Positions 9,346 through 19,123 of a DNA stretch of 64,000 nucleotides are shown piece after piece (the first letter of the stretch is position 1; each line of letters starts with the position of its first letter). Under the pieces are notes generated by a model that was not told where the DNA came from, ran no database searches, and saw only the letters and a program-made list of their open reading frames with translations. This DNA is from Acidobacteriota bacterium (GTDB lineage: Bacteria > Acidobacteriota > UBA6911). Both the position numbers and the translations under genes were made by a program. The stretch spans positions 5,320 through 69,319 of the forward strand of contig JAFGAO010000140.1 of assembly GCA_016933615.1 (NCBI GenBank), in the 5' to 3' direction.

Positions 9346-11739
9346 TTATGGACGCAGGGTATTGATTTCCCTCTGCGGCGAAAGAGCTTTGTTTACTTTA
9401 TTTACGACGACATCCCTGCCCAGGCGGAAAGAAGCCGTCTGTTTGATATCCCTCGAAGAGGCGCCGGCTTTGACCGTATATTCACCCGCCTCGGCCAGCC
9501 AGCTTGAGGAAGCGGTATCAAACGAAGCCAGATCCCCCGCACTCAGTTCAAAGGTCAGCGTCTGCTTTTGTCCCGGCTCCAGCAGTTCGGTTTTATCAAA
9601 AGCGACGAGTTCCTCCCGGGGCTTGTCCAGTTGCCCGGCGGGAGCGCTTAAATAAACCTGGACCACCTCTTTCCCGGCAACCGGGCCGGCGTTCTCAATA
9701 TCGACGGAAACCGGGATCGAATCCTCGAATTCGCCGGAGCCGAGATTGAGGTTGCTGTAGGCAAACCGGGTGTAGGACAGGCCGTAACCGAATTCGTAGG
9801 CAACTTTCCTGTCGAAGCTGTTGTAGTAGCGGTAGCCGACATAAATGTCTTCCCCGTAGACGACTTCCGCCTTGCGCCCGGCCATCCGGGGCATGAAGGA
9901 CGCATTGGGATCTCCGGCCGCAGCCTTGGCCTCCTCGCTTTCTATTAAAATGCCCGGGAAATTCCCGGCCGACGGCACATCCGCATAGGAAAGCGGAAAT
10001 GAGGCTGCCAGCCTGCCGGAAGGGTTGACTTTGCCGCTGAGGACGTCGGCGATCGAGTGGCCCGCCTCCTGGCCGGGCTGCCACGCCAGCAGGATGGCGC
10101 CGGGATCATTCCTCCAGCTTGCCGTCTCGATCACGCCCCCGACATTGAGGACAACCACGGTATTTTTCCCCTTGTCCTGAAAGGTTTTGGAAACAGAGCG
10201 GATCAGGGACTTCTCCCACTCGGTCAGATAAAAATCCCCCTCTTCATCTTTACGGTCGGATCCTTCCCCCGAGTTTCTGCCTATGGTAATCAATGCAATG
10301 TCCGCCTCGGCGGACGCCCTGTTCACCAGGCTGATCCTTACGTCCATCTCGGCAATGGGCCGCCGCCCCATGAACCAGGACCGCCTCTCGGTCCCGGCCG
10401 CCTGCTTTGCCCTTTCTTCCTTTATATAGCCCGAATACAGATCCTGTAAGGCCTTGTGGACCGAATAGCCGGCCGCATCCAGGCCCTCTATTAAAGACAC
10501 GCTGTAGGCCTCGTTGACATCGCCGCTGCCCGTTCCGCCGGTGATAATTTCATAGGAGGTATTGCCGAAAGCAGCAACTGTTTTAATTCCGTCCGCGAAA
10601 GGAAGGACTCCCGGATCGTTTTTCAGCAGAACCATGCCTTCGGCTCCCGCCCGGCGGGCCACGGCCGCGTGAGCCTTGAGATCCGGCTGATTGGAATACG
10701 GGTACTGCCGGTAACGCGGGCTCTTAAAAAGAATACGCAGAATCCGCGCGGCATTTTCATCCAGAACGCCCTCATCCAGCTGCCCCTCCTTGACCGCCGC
10801 GATGATGGCTTGCGCCTGCCTGGCGTTTCCGGGCATCAGGAGGTCGTTACCCGCCTTCATCTGGGCGACGGGGTCCGAGCCGCCTCCCCAGTCGGTCATG
10901 ACAAAGCCCTGGAAGCCCCAGTCCTGGCGCAGTATTTTCGTCAGAAGATCGTGGCTTTCGCTTGCGTAGGTCCCGTTGATCTTGTTGTAGGACGACATCA
11001 CGGTCCACGGTTCCGCCTCCTCGACCGCGATGCGGAACCCTTCCAGGTAGAGCTCGCGCAGAGCCCTTTCGCTTGCGATGGTGTCCACGAATGACCGGTT
11101 GGCCTCCTGGTTGTTGGCGGCAAAGTGCTTGATCGCCGTCCCGACACCCTGCGACTGCACGCCTTTCACCATCGCGGCGGTCATCCTCCCGGCAATCAGG
11201 GGATCCTCGGAATAGTATTCGAAGTTTCTTCCGCACAGGGGATTGCGGTGAAGATTCAGCGCCGGTGCCAGGAGTATATCAGCCCCATACTCGAGCACTT
11301 CTTTTCCCATGGCCTGGCCCACCCGGTAAACCAGTTCCGTGTCCCAGCTCGAAGCCAGCAGGGTCGAAATTGGAAAAGCGGTGCAATAGTAAGTTACGGT
11401 ATCGTCTGCCCGGGTGGGACTGATTCTCAAACCGGCCGGCCCGTCCGCCAGGACCATCGGGGTTATTCCCAGTTGTTCAAATGCGGCGGTTGTGCCGGCG
11501 GCGCCCGGAACCAGTTCCCGGGTGCGGGCAACCGCGTTTTCCCCATCCTGGCCGGGCATGTTCCTTCCGGCTCCGACAACCAGCGCGGCTTTTTCTTCCA
11601 GGGTCATCTTGGCAATGATCTCGCCTATCTTCTTCTGTTCCGCCAGAGCTGCTTTTTCTTCCGGCGATTTACACGAAACCAGGCACAATGCCAACAGCAG
11701 CGACAAAATTACGCCGACAATCGTTTTTTTATGCTCCAT
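9346..11739 (-). CDS. GH3 beta-glucosidase-like lipoprotein with fibronectin-III C-terminus
   Basis: Lipobox LVSC. Motifs ADGPAGLR, GRNFEYYSEDP, KHFAANNQE, nucleophile VMTDW, YEFGYGLSYT. Confidence 0.95.
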   Translation of the reverse strand: MEHKKTIVGVILSLLLALCLVSCKSPEEKAALAEQKKIGEIIAKMTLEEKAALVVGAGRNMPGQDGENAVARTRELVPGAAGTTAAFEQLGITPMVLADGPAGLRISPTRADDTVTYYCTAFPISTLLASSWDTELVYRVGQAMGKEVLEYGADILLAPALNLHRNPLCGRNFEYYSEDPLIAGRMTAAMVKGVQSQGVGTAIKHFAANNQEANRSFVDTIASERALRELYLEGFRIAVEEAEPWTVMSSYNKINGTYASESHDLLTKILRQDWGFQGFVMTDWGGGSDPVAQMKAGNDLLMPGNARQAQAIIAAVKEGQLDEGVLDENAARILRILFKSPRYRQYPYSNQPDLKAHAAVARRAGAEGMVLLKNDPGVLPFADGIKTVAAFGNTSYEIITGGTGSGDVNEAYSVSLIEGLDAAGYSVHKALQDLYSGYIKEERAKQAAGTERRSWFMGRRPIAEMDVRISLVNRASAEADIALITIGRNSGEGSDRKDEEGDFYLTEWEKSLIRSVSKTFQDKGKNTVVVLNVGGVIETASWRNDPGAILLAWQPGQEAGHSIADVLSGKVNPSGRLAASFPLSYADVPSAGNFPGILIESEEAKAAAGDPNASFMPRMAGRKAEVVYGEDIYVGYRYYNSFDRKVAYEFGYGLSYTRFAYSNLNLGSGEFEDSIPVSVDIENAGPVAGKEVVQVYLSAPAGQLDKPREELVAFDKTELLEPGQKQTLTFELSAGDLASFDTASSSWLAEAGEYTVKAGASSRDIKQTASFRLGRDVVVNKVNKALSPQREINTLRP

Positions 11740-11768
11740 TGCCTTTCCCCTCTCTGCGGCAATCGTTC

Positions 11769-12968
11769 CTATTTGAAAAGCAGGGGCGCTATTTCAGAAA
11801 GATAAATGCGCCAGTTCGCCCAGGTATGCCCGCCGCTGCTTTCACGGAAAGTGTGCTTGAAGTTCAATTTGTTCAAAGCCGTGTCCAGATTCTGCGAACC
11901 TTCGTAAGCCAGGCGGTCGTCCACTCCGCAACCGATCCAGTACAGCCTGTTTCCCGATTTGAGATTCTTAAGCTGATTTTCCACGGTCTCGTCGACGTTT
12001 CTTGCCCCGGCGCTGAACACCCCGATGTAACCAAACATGCCGGGGTTGTCGATCGTAATCCGGAATGCGTGGCCGCCTCCCATGGACAACCCTGCTATGG
12101 CGCGGCGGTCCTTGCCGGCCAGGACGCGGTAGTTTTTCTCGATGAAAGGCACGATGTCGGCGGCCAGGCTTTTTTCAAACATGCCGGTAAACTTCGCCCG
12201 ATCCTCGCGGCTCATGCCGGCGATGCCGGCCGGCGCCGGGACCTCGCCGGGAGTTGCAGCCTGGTAGGCGTTGCCGTTGGGCATCACCACGAGCATGGGC
12301 AGCGCTCTTCCCTGCGATATGAGGTTGTCCAGTATCTGGCAGGCGCGGCCCAGGGTGCTCCAGGCATCTTCATCACCGCCGCCGCCGTGAAGGAGGTAGA
12401 AGACAGGGTATTTATCGCTGCCGCCTTCATAGCCCGGGGGCGTGTAGACGTACATTCGGCGCGTCATATCGAGCGTCGGGGACGGATACCAGGCCTTGGC
12501 CAGGGTGCCGTGGGGAACGTCCTTTACTTCGTACAGCGCGGATTCCCTCCCCGGAACCAGCAGGATGCAGTCCACCCTTTGCCCGTCGCGCTTGTGGTTG
12601 GAATTGCCGGGGTCCAGGACCTTCACCCCGTCCACATTGAAGGAATACCCGTAGAACTCCGGTGCCAGGGGGCCGACGGTAACGGACCACACGCCTTCAT
12701 CGTCCCGGACCATTTTTTCGACGGCGCCGAAACCTTCCATCCACTCTCCGCCGAGGGTCACTTCTTTGGCATCCGGAGCGGAGAGCCGGAAAGTAACCTT
12801 GTTGTCCGCATGAATTTCCGGGGAAACCAGGGCGGGTGCGCGCATGAAAGCCGCCGGCGCCTGTTTCTGCTTCGGAGCCTGCTGCGCCAAAGCCGTGGAG
12901 CAAAGGCTCAGCGCCAAAACGGTCATGAAAACACCGAATCCCAGCCGCAGTTCTCTGTTTTGTGCCAT
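11769..12968 (-). CDS. Secreted esterase (CBM48-like N-domain plus CE1-type alpha/beta hydrolase)
   Basis: Signal peptide, YPVFYLLHGGG, nucleophile GLSMGG, catalytic His in GGHTWANW. Confidence 0.9.
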   Translation of the reverse strand: MAQNRELRLGFGVFMTVLALSLCSTALAQQAPKQKQAPAAFMRAPALVSPEIHADNKVTFRLSAPDAKEVTLGGEWMEGFGAVEKMVRDDEGVWSVTVGPLAPEFYGYSFNVDGVKVLDPGNSNHKRDGQRVDCILLVPGRESALYEVKDVPHGTLAKAWYPSPTLDMTRRMYVYTPPGYEGGSDKYPVFYLLHGGGGDEDAWSTLGRACQILDNLISQGRALPMLVVMPNGNAYQAATPGEVPAPAGIAGMSREDRAKFTGMFEKSLAADIVPFIEKNYRVLAGKDRRAIAGLSMGGGHAFRITIDNPGMFGYIGVFSAGARNVDETVENQLKNLKSGNRLYWIGCGVDDRLAYEGSQNLDTALNKLNFKHTFRESSGGHTWANWRIYLSEIAPLLFK

Positions 12969-13043
12969 GACGGGACCCTCCGATTCACTGTTTGCCGATT
13001 TACACGATTGTCTAATACCGTTGAAGCATCATAATATGAGCGC

Positions 13044-13328
13044 ATGCGAAATAGAAAGCAAAACCAGCCGATTTCCTGCATCGCGGAAACCCGGGAATTC
13101 ACGAACACGCTCACCATGTCGGACCGGCGCATCGCCGACAGGATGTCCTCTTACCTGGCGAATTTCATCGCGACCGTTGATCCCGACGGCGCAGGGCCGC
13201 CTCCGCGGGTTCCCGCAGGCGACAAACCTGCAGTCATGGAAGTGGGAGACAAAAACGGCCCGATCCCGGCGGCCGGCAATGCCGCCAGGTATGCCTTTTT
13301 TGAAAAGCACCTCTCCGTCGACGAGTAA
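13044..13328 (+). pseudogene. C-terminal remnant of a type-B carboxylesterase
   Basis: DRRIADRMSSYLANFIATVDPDGAGPP resembles the carboxylesterase C-terminal D..LA..MSSYWANF..TGDPNG.GLP. No GxSxG. Confidence 0.6.
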
Positions 13329-13441
13329 ATGCCTGGTCAATTCCGCTTCATTCCGTTTAAGATAATCCGGACCCTCAGGGATCGGGTTTTGAGGATGGGG
13401 CATTAAAGGAGGCGCCGGACTTTTACAGGCATAAGGTTTCC

Positions 13442-14866
13442 ATGGAAGACTTCAGCCGGTTTATCGGGCAGATACTGGACGGATTCAATACCTACATCGG
13501 CACCTACGCACTCATGATACTGCTGGTCCCGGTGGGCATCCTCTTCACCGTAATGCTGCGCGGCATCCAGATCACGCGCCTCTCTCACGCCGTTTCCATC
13601 GTCCGCGGCAGGTACGACAACCCGGACGACACCGGAGACATCAACCACTTCCAGGCCCTGTCGGCGGCCCTGTCGGCCACTGTCGGCACCGGCAACATCG
13701 CCGGGGTGGCCCTGGCGATCTACTACGGCGGGCCTGGCGCCGTGTTCTGGCTCTGGATCACGGGCTTCTTCGGAATGGCCACCAAGTATGCCGAATGCAC
13801 ACTGGCCCAGAAGTACCGGAAGGTCCATTCCGACGGTTCCATTTCCGGCGGCCCGATGTATTACATCGAAACGGGAACAAAAAAGTATATTGGACCAGTC
13901 GCCAAACCAATGGCGGTTTTTTGCGCCCTGGGAGGAATTGTCTGCTCTATCGGCACCGGCAATATGGCCCAGAGCAACTCCATGGCGGATGCCGTCCACC
14001 AGATGATCATTCCTGTCGCCGGTGGATTCCAGATCCCTCATTTTGCGATGGGAGGGATCCTGGCGCTGCTGGTCTGGCTCGTGATCGTGGGGGGCATCCG
14101 GCGCATCGGAACCGTGGCGGAGAAGCTTGTGCCCCTCATGTCCGGCATTTACGTTGCCGGAGCCCTTGCCGTTATCATGATGCATATCGAAGCGATTCCC
14201 GAAATGTTCCGGCTGATCTTTGAGGGAGCGTTCACCGGAACGGGCGCGACGGGGGGATTCGTCGGCTCGACCTTCCTGCTCTCCATGCGCTACGGGATCG
14301 CCCGGGGCATATTCAGCAACGAGGCGGGCCAGGGTTCCGCCCCCATAGCCCATGCCGCGGCCAAGACGGAGTACCCGGTCCGGGAGGGCCTCGTGGCCCT
14401 GCTCGAGCCTTTGGTGGACACGCTGATTATCTGCACTCTCACCGCCATGGCGATTCTGGTCACCGGATCCTGGACTTCGGGCGAGATGGGGGCGTCCATG
14501 ACCTATACGGCGTTCGGCGGCACACTGGGAACCGTCGCCGGCGTCTCAGTCGGCGGCGCGGTCGTCTCCATCGGCCTTCTTCTGTTCGCCTTCACCACGG
14601 CCATTTCGTGGTCCTATTACGGGGACCGGTGCGTAGTCTACCTCTTCGGACGCAGGCATGTGACGCTCTACAGGTATGCCTACTGCGCCTTTGTTTTCGT
14701 CGGCGCCGTCTGGGCCAAGGACCTGGTCTGGCAGTTTGTCGATACGGCGATCGTCTTCATGGCCGTTCCCAACCTGGTGGCGCTCATCATCCTGGCCCCG
14801 GCCGTGAAAAGAATGACGCACGAGTACTTCAGGCAGGATCACCATCCGGTCGTCCGATCAGAGTGA
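13442..14866 (+). CDS. Alanine/glycine:cation symporter (AGCS family)
   Basis: ATVGTGNIAGVA, GGPGAVFW, GGPMYYI, RGIFSNEAGQGSAPIAH. Confidence 0.95.
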   Translation: MEDFSRFIGQILDGFNTYIGTYALMILLVPVGILFTVMLRGIQITRLSHAVSIVRGRYDNPDDTGDINHFQALSAALSATVGTGNIAGVALAIYYGGPGAVFWLWITGFFGMATKYAECTLAQKYRKVHSDGSISGGPMYYIETGTKKYIGPVAKPMAVFCALGGIVCSIGTGNMAQSNSMADAVHQMIIPVAGGFQIPHFAMGGILALLVWLVIVGGIRRIGTVAEKLVPLMSGIYVAGALAVIMMHIEAIPEMFRLIFEGAFTGTGATGGFVGSTFLLSMRYGIARGIFSNEAGQGSAPIAHAAAKTEYPVREGLVALLEPLVDTLIICTLTAMAILVTGSWTSGEMGASMTYTAFGGTLGTVAGVSVGGAVVSIGLLLFAFTTAISWSYYGDRCVVYLFGRRHVTLYRYAYCAFVFVGAVWAKDLVWQFVDTAIVFMAVPNLVALIILAPAVKRMTHEYFRQDHHPVVRSE

Positions 14867-15037
14867 CAACCCAAACCGGTCCGCATACAAAAGGCGGCTC
14901 AGCAGATCCCTGTCACCGGCAGGGATTTCCGGGCGGCGCAATCCATTCGGCAACGGACTCGTTGTAAATAACGCGTTTGCTGAAGAGCCGCTGCCCGTTT
15001 ACCTTGACCATCTCATCTTCGTAATGGCCGTATCGGG

Positions 15038-16228
15038 TTAAGGCTGCACCCGGATCATGACGACGCCGTGCGGATCCACCCGGGAAACGAAGCGGCCTTT
15101 GAAAACCCCAAGATCTTCCCTCGCCCACAGGTCGCGCACTTCGGCTTCCATTTCAGGAGCCAGGCCGATCTGCTCCCAGGAAACCGATACCGGCGCCTTC
15201 ACGCTTCCGCGGTTGAAAAGAATCACGGCGCGGGCCGCGCCGCTCAGGGGCTTCATCCAGACCTCCACCGCGCCCCCGTCGTGGATCTTGCGACCCTGAA
15301 TGCCGAGCGGATCCTGGTCCACAGCGATCACTTCCCTGTTCGTGAGAATGTCCTTCGTTTCCGGCGTCATGTCGCGGAGGTCGTTTCCGGCCATCAACGG
15401 CGCGGCCAGCAGGCACCAGAAGCTGAAGTGGGACCTGTACTCCGCCGCCGTCATTTTCCCGTTGCCCACCTCGAGCATATCGGGATCGTTCCAGTGCCCG
15501 GGGCCCCCGTAGGGATAAAGATTCTCCTGCAGGTCGATGATGTGAAGCATGCCCATCCCGCCCCAGGATTGACTGCATTCCCAGCAGTCCTGTATGTCCC
15601 CGGTCGTGCGCCATAGGTGCCCGACGCCGGGCGCCCAGAGCCAGGGCTGCGTGCTCCCCCATTCGCAGATGGAAAAAACTATCGGCCGGCCGGCATCCCG
15701 GAGCGCGCGGCTCATCCTGGTATAGGCTTCGCGCGTATCCATGCCCTCGGTGTTGCACCAGTCGTATTTCAGGTAATCGACGCCCCAGGCGGCATACTGC
15801 CGTGCATCCTTTTCCTCGAACCCTCTGCTCCCCGGACGCCCCTGGCAGGTTTTCGTCCCGGCATCGGAATAAAGGCCGAACTTCAATCCCTTCGAATGCA
15901 CGTAATCCGCCAGCGCCTTCATCCCCGAGGGGAAGCGTTCGGGATCGGGCGCGATATTGCCGTTTTCATCGCGCGCAACCTGCCAGCAGTCGTCGATCAC
16001 GACGTACTCGTAGCCGGCATCCTTCATGCCGCTCGAAACCATCGCGTCCGCCGTTTCCCGGATGAGCTCTTCGCTGACGTCGCACGCAAATTTATTCCAC
16101 GAATTCCACCCCATGGGCGGGGTCTTCGCAAGGCCGTCAAACGCCGGCTCTTCGGCCCGCAAGTGCGGCACTGCAAAAAGAAAAGCGAAAATACACAACG
16201 CCCGAATTCTTCGAATCTGTCCTGTCAT
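15038..16228 (-). CDS. GH27 alpha-galactosidase, secreted
   Basis: PPMGWNSW, IDDCW, nucleophile LKYDWC, WRTTGDI, NDPDMLEVG. Signal peptide follows ATG 16228. Confidence 0.95.
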   Translation of the reverse strand: MTGQIRRIRALCIFAFLFAVPHLRAEEPAFDGLAKTPPMGWNSWNKFACDVSEELIRETADAMVSSGMKDAGYEYVVIDDCWQVARDENGNIAPDPERFPSGMKALADYVHSKGLKFGLYSDAGTKTCQGRPGSRGFEEKDARQYAAWGVDYLKYDWCNTEGMDTREAYTRMSRALRDAGRPIVFSICEWGSTQPWLWAPGVGHLWRTTGDIQDCWECSQSWGGMGMLHIIDLQENLYPYGGPGHWNDPDMLEVGNGKMTAAEYRSHFSFWCLLAAPLMAGNDLRDMTPETKDILTNREVIAVDQDPLGIQGRKIHDGGAVEVWMKPLSGAARAVILFNRGSVKAPVSVSWEQIGLAPEMEAEVRDLWAREDLGVFKGRFVSRVDPHGVVMIRVQP

Positions 16229-16429
16229 GTCGATTTGTCCCCGAAAGTGAATTCCCGGCCGGATTTGTGCCGGTCCATTATTGCGCATGCCTCGATATTT
16301 TTCACGCCCGAAACGCGACCCGCTTTCGAATTTTCTGCCGGCCCTTCTGGATATTGAAGTAAAATCAAGCCTGCAAACCCTGGAAACCAAAAAACTAAAC
16401 CATCGAACCTGCGGGACGGAAAGGGAACC

Positions 16430-18067
16430 ATGAACTTATCAGGAACAAACCTACGGTCACTCATTCTACCGGTTGCATTCATTGCGGCGCTCGCCCTGCT
16501 TTCGGGTTGCGGATCCAAGGGTTCGCTTCCCGGTTCGGAAGCCGGCGCGGTGGCAGTCGAAACATCCAACGGACCGGTCCGGGGCCGCGCGGAGGACGGA
16601 AATATATTTGTATTCAAGGGCCTGCGCTACGGCAAGCCTCCTGTCGGAGACCTCCGCTTCAAACCGCCTGTCCGCCCGGAGCCCTGGGCGGAGCCGGCGG
16701 ACGCTTACGAATACGGGAACCGGGCCGTACAGGCCGCCGGCCCGGCTGCGGACCCGGCCGATACGCCCGGGATGGGCGAAGACTGCCTTTTCCTGAACGT
16801 CTGGACGCCGGGCCTAGACGGCAAAAACCGCCCGGTCATGGTCTGGCTGCACGGCGGGGGATTTTCTTCGGGATCCGGGGGCGACACCTTATGTGAGGGG
16901 AAAAACCTTGCCCGCAAAGGGGACGCCGTGGTCGTTACGGTCAACCACCGCCTGAATGTCTTCGGTTTCCTTCAGCTCGGCGATGCCTGGGGGCCGGATT
17001 ACGCATCGTCGGGGCAGGCGGGCATGCTCGACATCGTGCTCAGCCTCGAGTGGGTGCGCGACAACATCGCCCGCTTCGGCGGCAATCCCGGCAACGTCAC
17101 GATATTCGGGGAAAGCGGCGGCGGGCGCAAGGTGGCCATGCTGATGGCGATGCCCCCTGCCGCCGGGCTGTTCCACAAGGCGATTGTTCAGAGCGGTTCC
17201 GGACTGGACGCTCCGTCAAAGGATGAAGCCGTGGCGCTGGGACGCGCATTGCTCGAGCAGCTTGGAATCGCCGAGGGGGATACGGAGGCGCTGGCAAAAG
17301 CGGAAACCCGGGCCGTCTTCGACGCCCAGCAGGCGGCATCTCCGGCTTTGTCCTCCCCCGATCTGTCATCGCCGGGGCAGCTGACGGTCCCGGCACGGGG
17401 ATTCGTTCCCTGCATAGACGGCATCGCCCTGCCGCGCAAACCCTTCATCCCGGACGCTCCGGCGATATCGGCCGGCATACCGCTGCTGATCGGCTCGAAC
17501 AAGGACGAAATGTCCATCTTCCGCACGGGCGACCCGAAGTTCGGCAAATACACCGACGGGGAGTTCGCGGCGCACGTCCGCAATGTCCTGCCCAACAGGG
17601 CGGAGTCGCTGATACCGGCCCTGCGTTCCGCTTTCCCGGACTATTCGCCCAGTGACCTGGTCGTTGCCGTCGAAAGCATGAAGGGCTACTGGGCAGCGAC
17701 GGTCATGCAGGCGGAACGGAAAGCCGCCCAGGGCGCCGCGCCGGTCTACGTCTATTTCCTGGCCTGGGAAACCCGGGCCGACAACGGGCGGCTGCGCGCG
17801 CATCACGCTCTGGACGTCCCGCTGGTTTTCAACAATGTCGAAACCATGCGCGATATGGTCGGCCCCGGGCCCGAGCCGCAGCGCATGGCCGATCTCATGA
17901 GCTCCGCCTGGGCCGCTTTCGCGCGCACCGGGAACCCCGGCACGGAAGGGCTCCCGGACTGGCCGGCCTATGACCTGGAAAACCGTTCGACCATGATTTT
18001 CGATACCGAAAGCCATATTCAGACAAAACCTTATGAGGAAATACGCCGGATCCTGGTGCAAAATTAA
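16430..18067 (+). CDS. Type-B carboxylesterase/lipase lipoprotein
   Basis: Lipobox LSGC, EDCLFLNVWTP, WLHGGGF, FGESGGG, catalytic His in HHALD. Confidence 0.93.
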   Translation: MNLSGTNLRSLILPVAFIAALALLSGCGSKGSLPGSEAGAVAVETSNGPVRGRAEDGNIFVFKGLRYGKPPVGDLRFKPPVRPEPWAEPADAYEYGNRAVQAAGPAADPADTPGMGEDCLFLNVWTPGLDGKNRPVMVWLHGGGFSSGSGGDTLCEGKNLARKGDAVVVTVNHRLNVFGFLQLGDAWGPDYASSGQAGMLDIVLSLEWVRDNIARFGGNPGNVTIFGESGGGRKVAMLMAMPPAAGLFHKAIVQSGSGLDAPSKDEAVALGRALLEQLGIAEGDTEALAKAETRAVFDAQQAASPALSSPDLSSPGQLTVPARGFVPCIDGIALPRKPFIPDAPAISAGIPLLIGSNKDEMSIFRTGDPKFGKYTDGEFAAHVRNVLPNRAESLIPALRSAFPDYSPSDLVVAVESMKGYWAATVMQAERKAAQGAAPVYVYFLAWETRADNGRLRAHHALDVPLVFNNVETMRDMVGPGPEPQRMADLMSSAWAAFARTGNPGTEGLPDWPAYDLENRSTMIFDTESHIQTKPYEEIRRILVQN

Positions 18068-18068
18068 T

Positions 18069-18560
18069 ATGATAGAAGCGGCGGCCGTTCTGTCGGAGAT
18101 AAGGAAAAACGGGGCGACCCACGTCGTCGGCATCCCGGACAACGGCTCGCGCGCACTGTATCGGATGCTGTGGACGGATCCGGACATCCGCGTGGTTTCC
18201 GTCACCCGCGAGGGGGAGGCTTTTGCCCTGGCTGCGGGCCTTTTCCTTGGCGGGGCGAGACCGACGGTTCTCATCCAGAACACGGGCTTCTACGATTCGG
18301 GGGACGCATTCCGAGGCACCGTCGTCAACATGGCGATCCCGCTCGTCATGATCATGGGCTACCGCGGCTACGAGACGATGTCCGGCGCAGGCACCGCCGA
18401 CACGGCCGCGACCTTTTTCGAGCCGGTCCTGAAAGCCTGGGACGTCCCCTGCTACGTGATGCGCTCTTCGTCGGACAGCCGCCTGATTTCCGCGGCATTT
18501 TCCAGGAGCGGGGCGGACTCGCTTCCGGTTGCCGTGATCTACCCGGGAGAGATGCGCTGA
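18069..18560 (+). CDS. TPP-dependent decarboxylase alpha subunit (ComD/sulfopyruvate decarboxylase-like)
   Basis: VVGIPD, VTREGEAFALAAG, IQNTG. Starts 1 nt after the esterase stop. Confidence 0.8.
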   Translation: MIEAAAVLSEIRKNGATHVVGIPDNGSRALYRMLWTDPDIRVVSVTREGEAFALAAGLFLGGARPTVLIQNTGFYDSGDAFRGTVVNMAIPLVMIMGYRGYETMSGAGTADTAATFFEPVLKAWDVPCYVMRSSSDSRLISAAFSRSGADSLPVAVIYPGEMR

Positions 18561-19123
18561 TGCTGGACAAATATGCCTGCCTTCGAAAACTTTTCTCCCT
18601 GCGCCGGGACGAAATCGTCGTGACCACGATGAGCGTCGCCGCCCCCTGGGCCCGCCTTTCGGACGGCCCCCTCGATTTCGCCATGGTGGAAAGCTCCATG
18701 GGCCAGGCTCCCGCCTTCGGGCTCGGCCTCGCCCTGGCCCGGCCCGAGCGCCGCGTCATCGTGCTCAACGGCGACGGCAGCACGCTGATGTGCCTGGGGA
18801 CGCTGGTCACAATGGCTCAAAACCCGGCGGACAATTTGATCCTGGTGATCGTAGAAAACGGCACCTACGAGGTGACGGGGAATCAGCCTATACCCGGCGC
18901 CGGGCTCGTGGATTTTGAAACCCTTGCCCGCGGCGCCGGTCTGGCCCATGTGCACACGATAGAAGACGCCGGGGATTTTGACGCCTGCCTGCCTTTGCAT
19001 TTCAAAGGCCCGGGACCGCGGGTTTTCACATGGAAGGTCCGCGGCGCCGAAGAGCCCGTACCCAAGCCCCGGGCCTACATCAGGCAGCGCGCCCTTGAAC
19101 TGCGGCAGGCTCTGGGTCAGTAA
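18560..19123 (+). CDS. TPP-dependent decarboxylase beta subunit (ComE-like)
   Basis: SMGQAPAFGLGLALA and TPP motif GDGS(x~26)N. ATG overlaps the alpha-subunit TGA. This frame lies inside track ORF 18170..19123. Confidence 0.85.
   Translation: MLDKYACLRKLFSLRRDEIVVTTMSVAAPWARLSDGPLDFAMVESSMGQAPAFGLGLALARPERRVIVLNGDGSTLMCLGTLVTMAQNPADNLILVIVENGTYEVTGNQPIPGAGLVDFETLARGAGLAHVHTIEDAGDFDACLPLHFKGPGPRVFTWKVRGAEEPVPKPRAYIRQRALELRQALGQ

Noticed and set aside
13328-13441. Glycine riboswitch expected upstream of the AGCS symporter
   Set aside because: Only a CTCAGG-like word is present. The GGAGA/CCGAAG core and tandem aptamers are absent.
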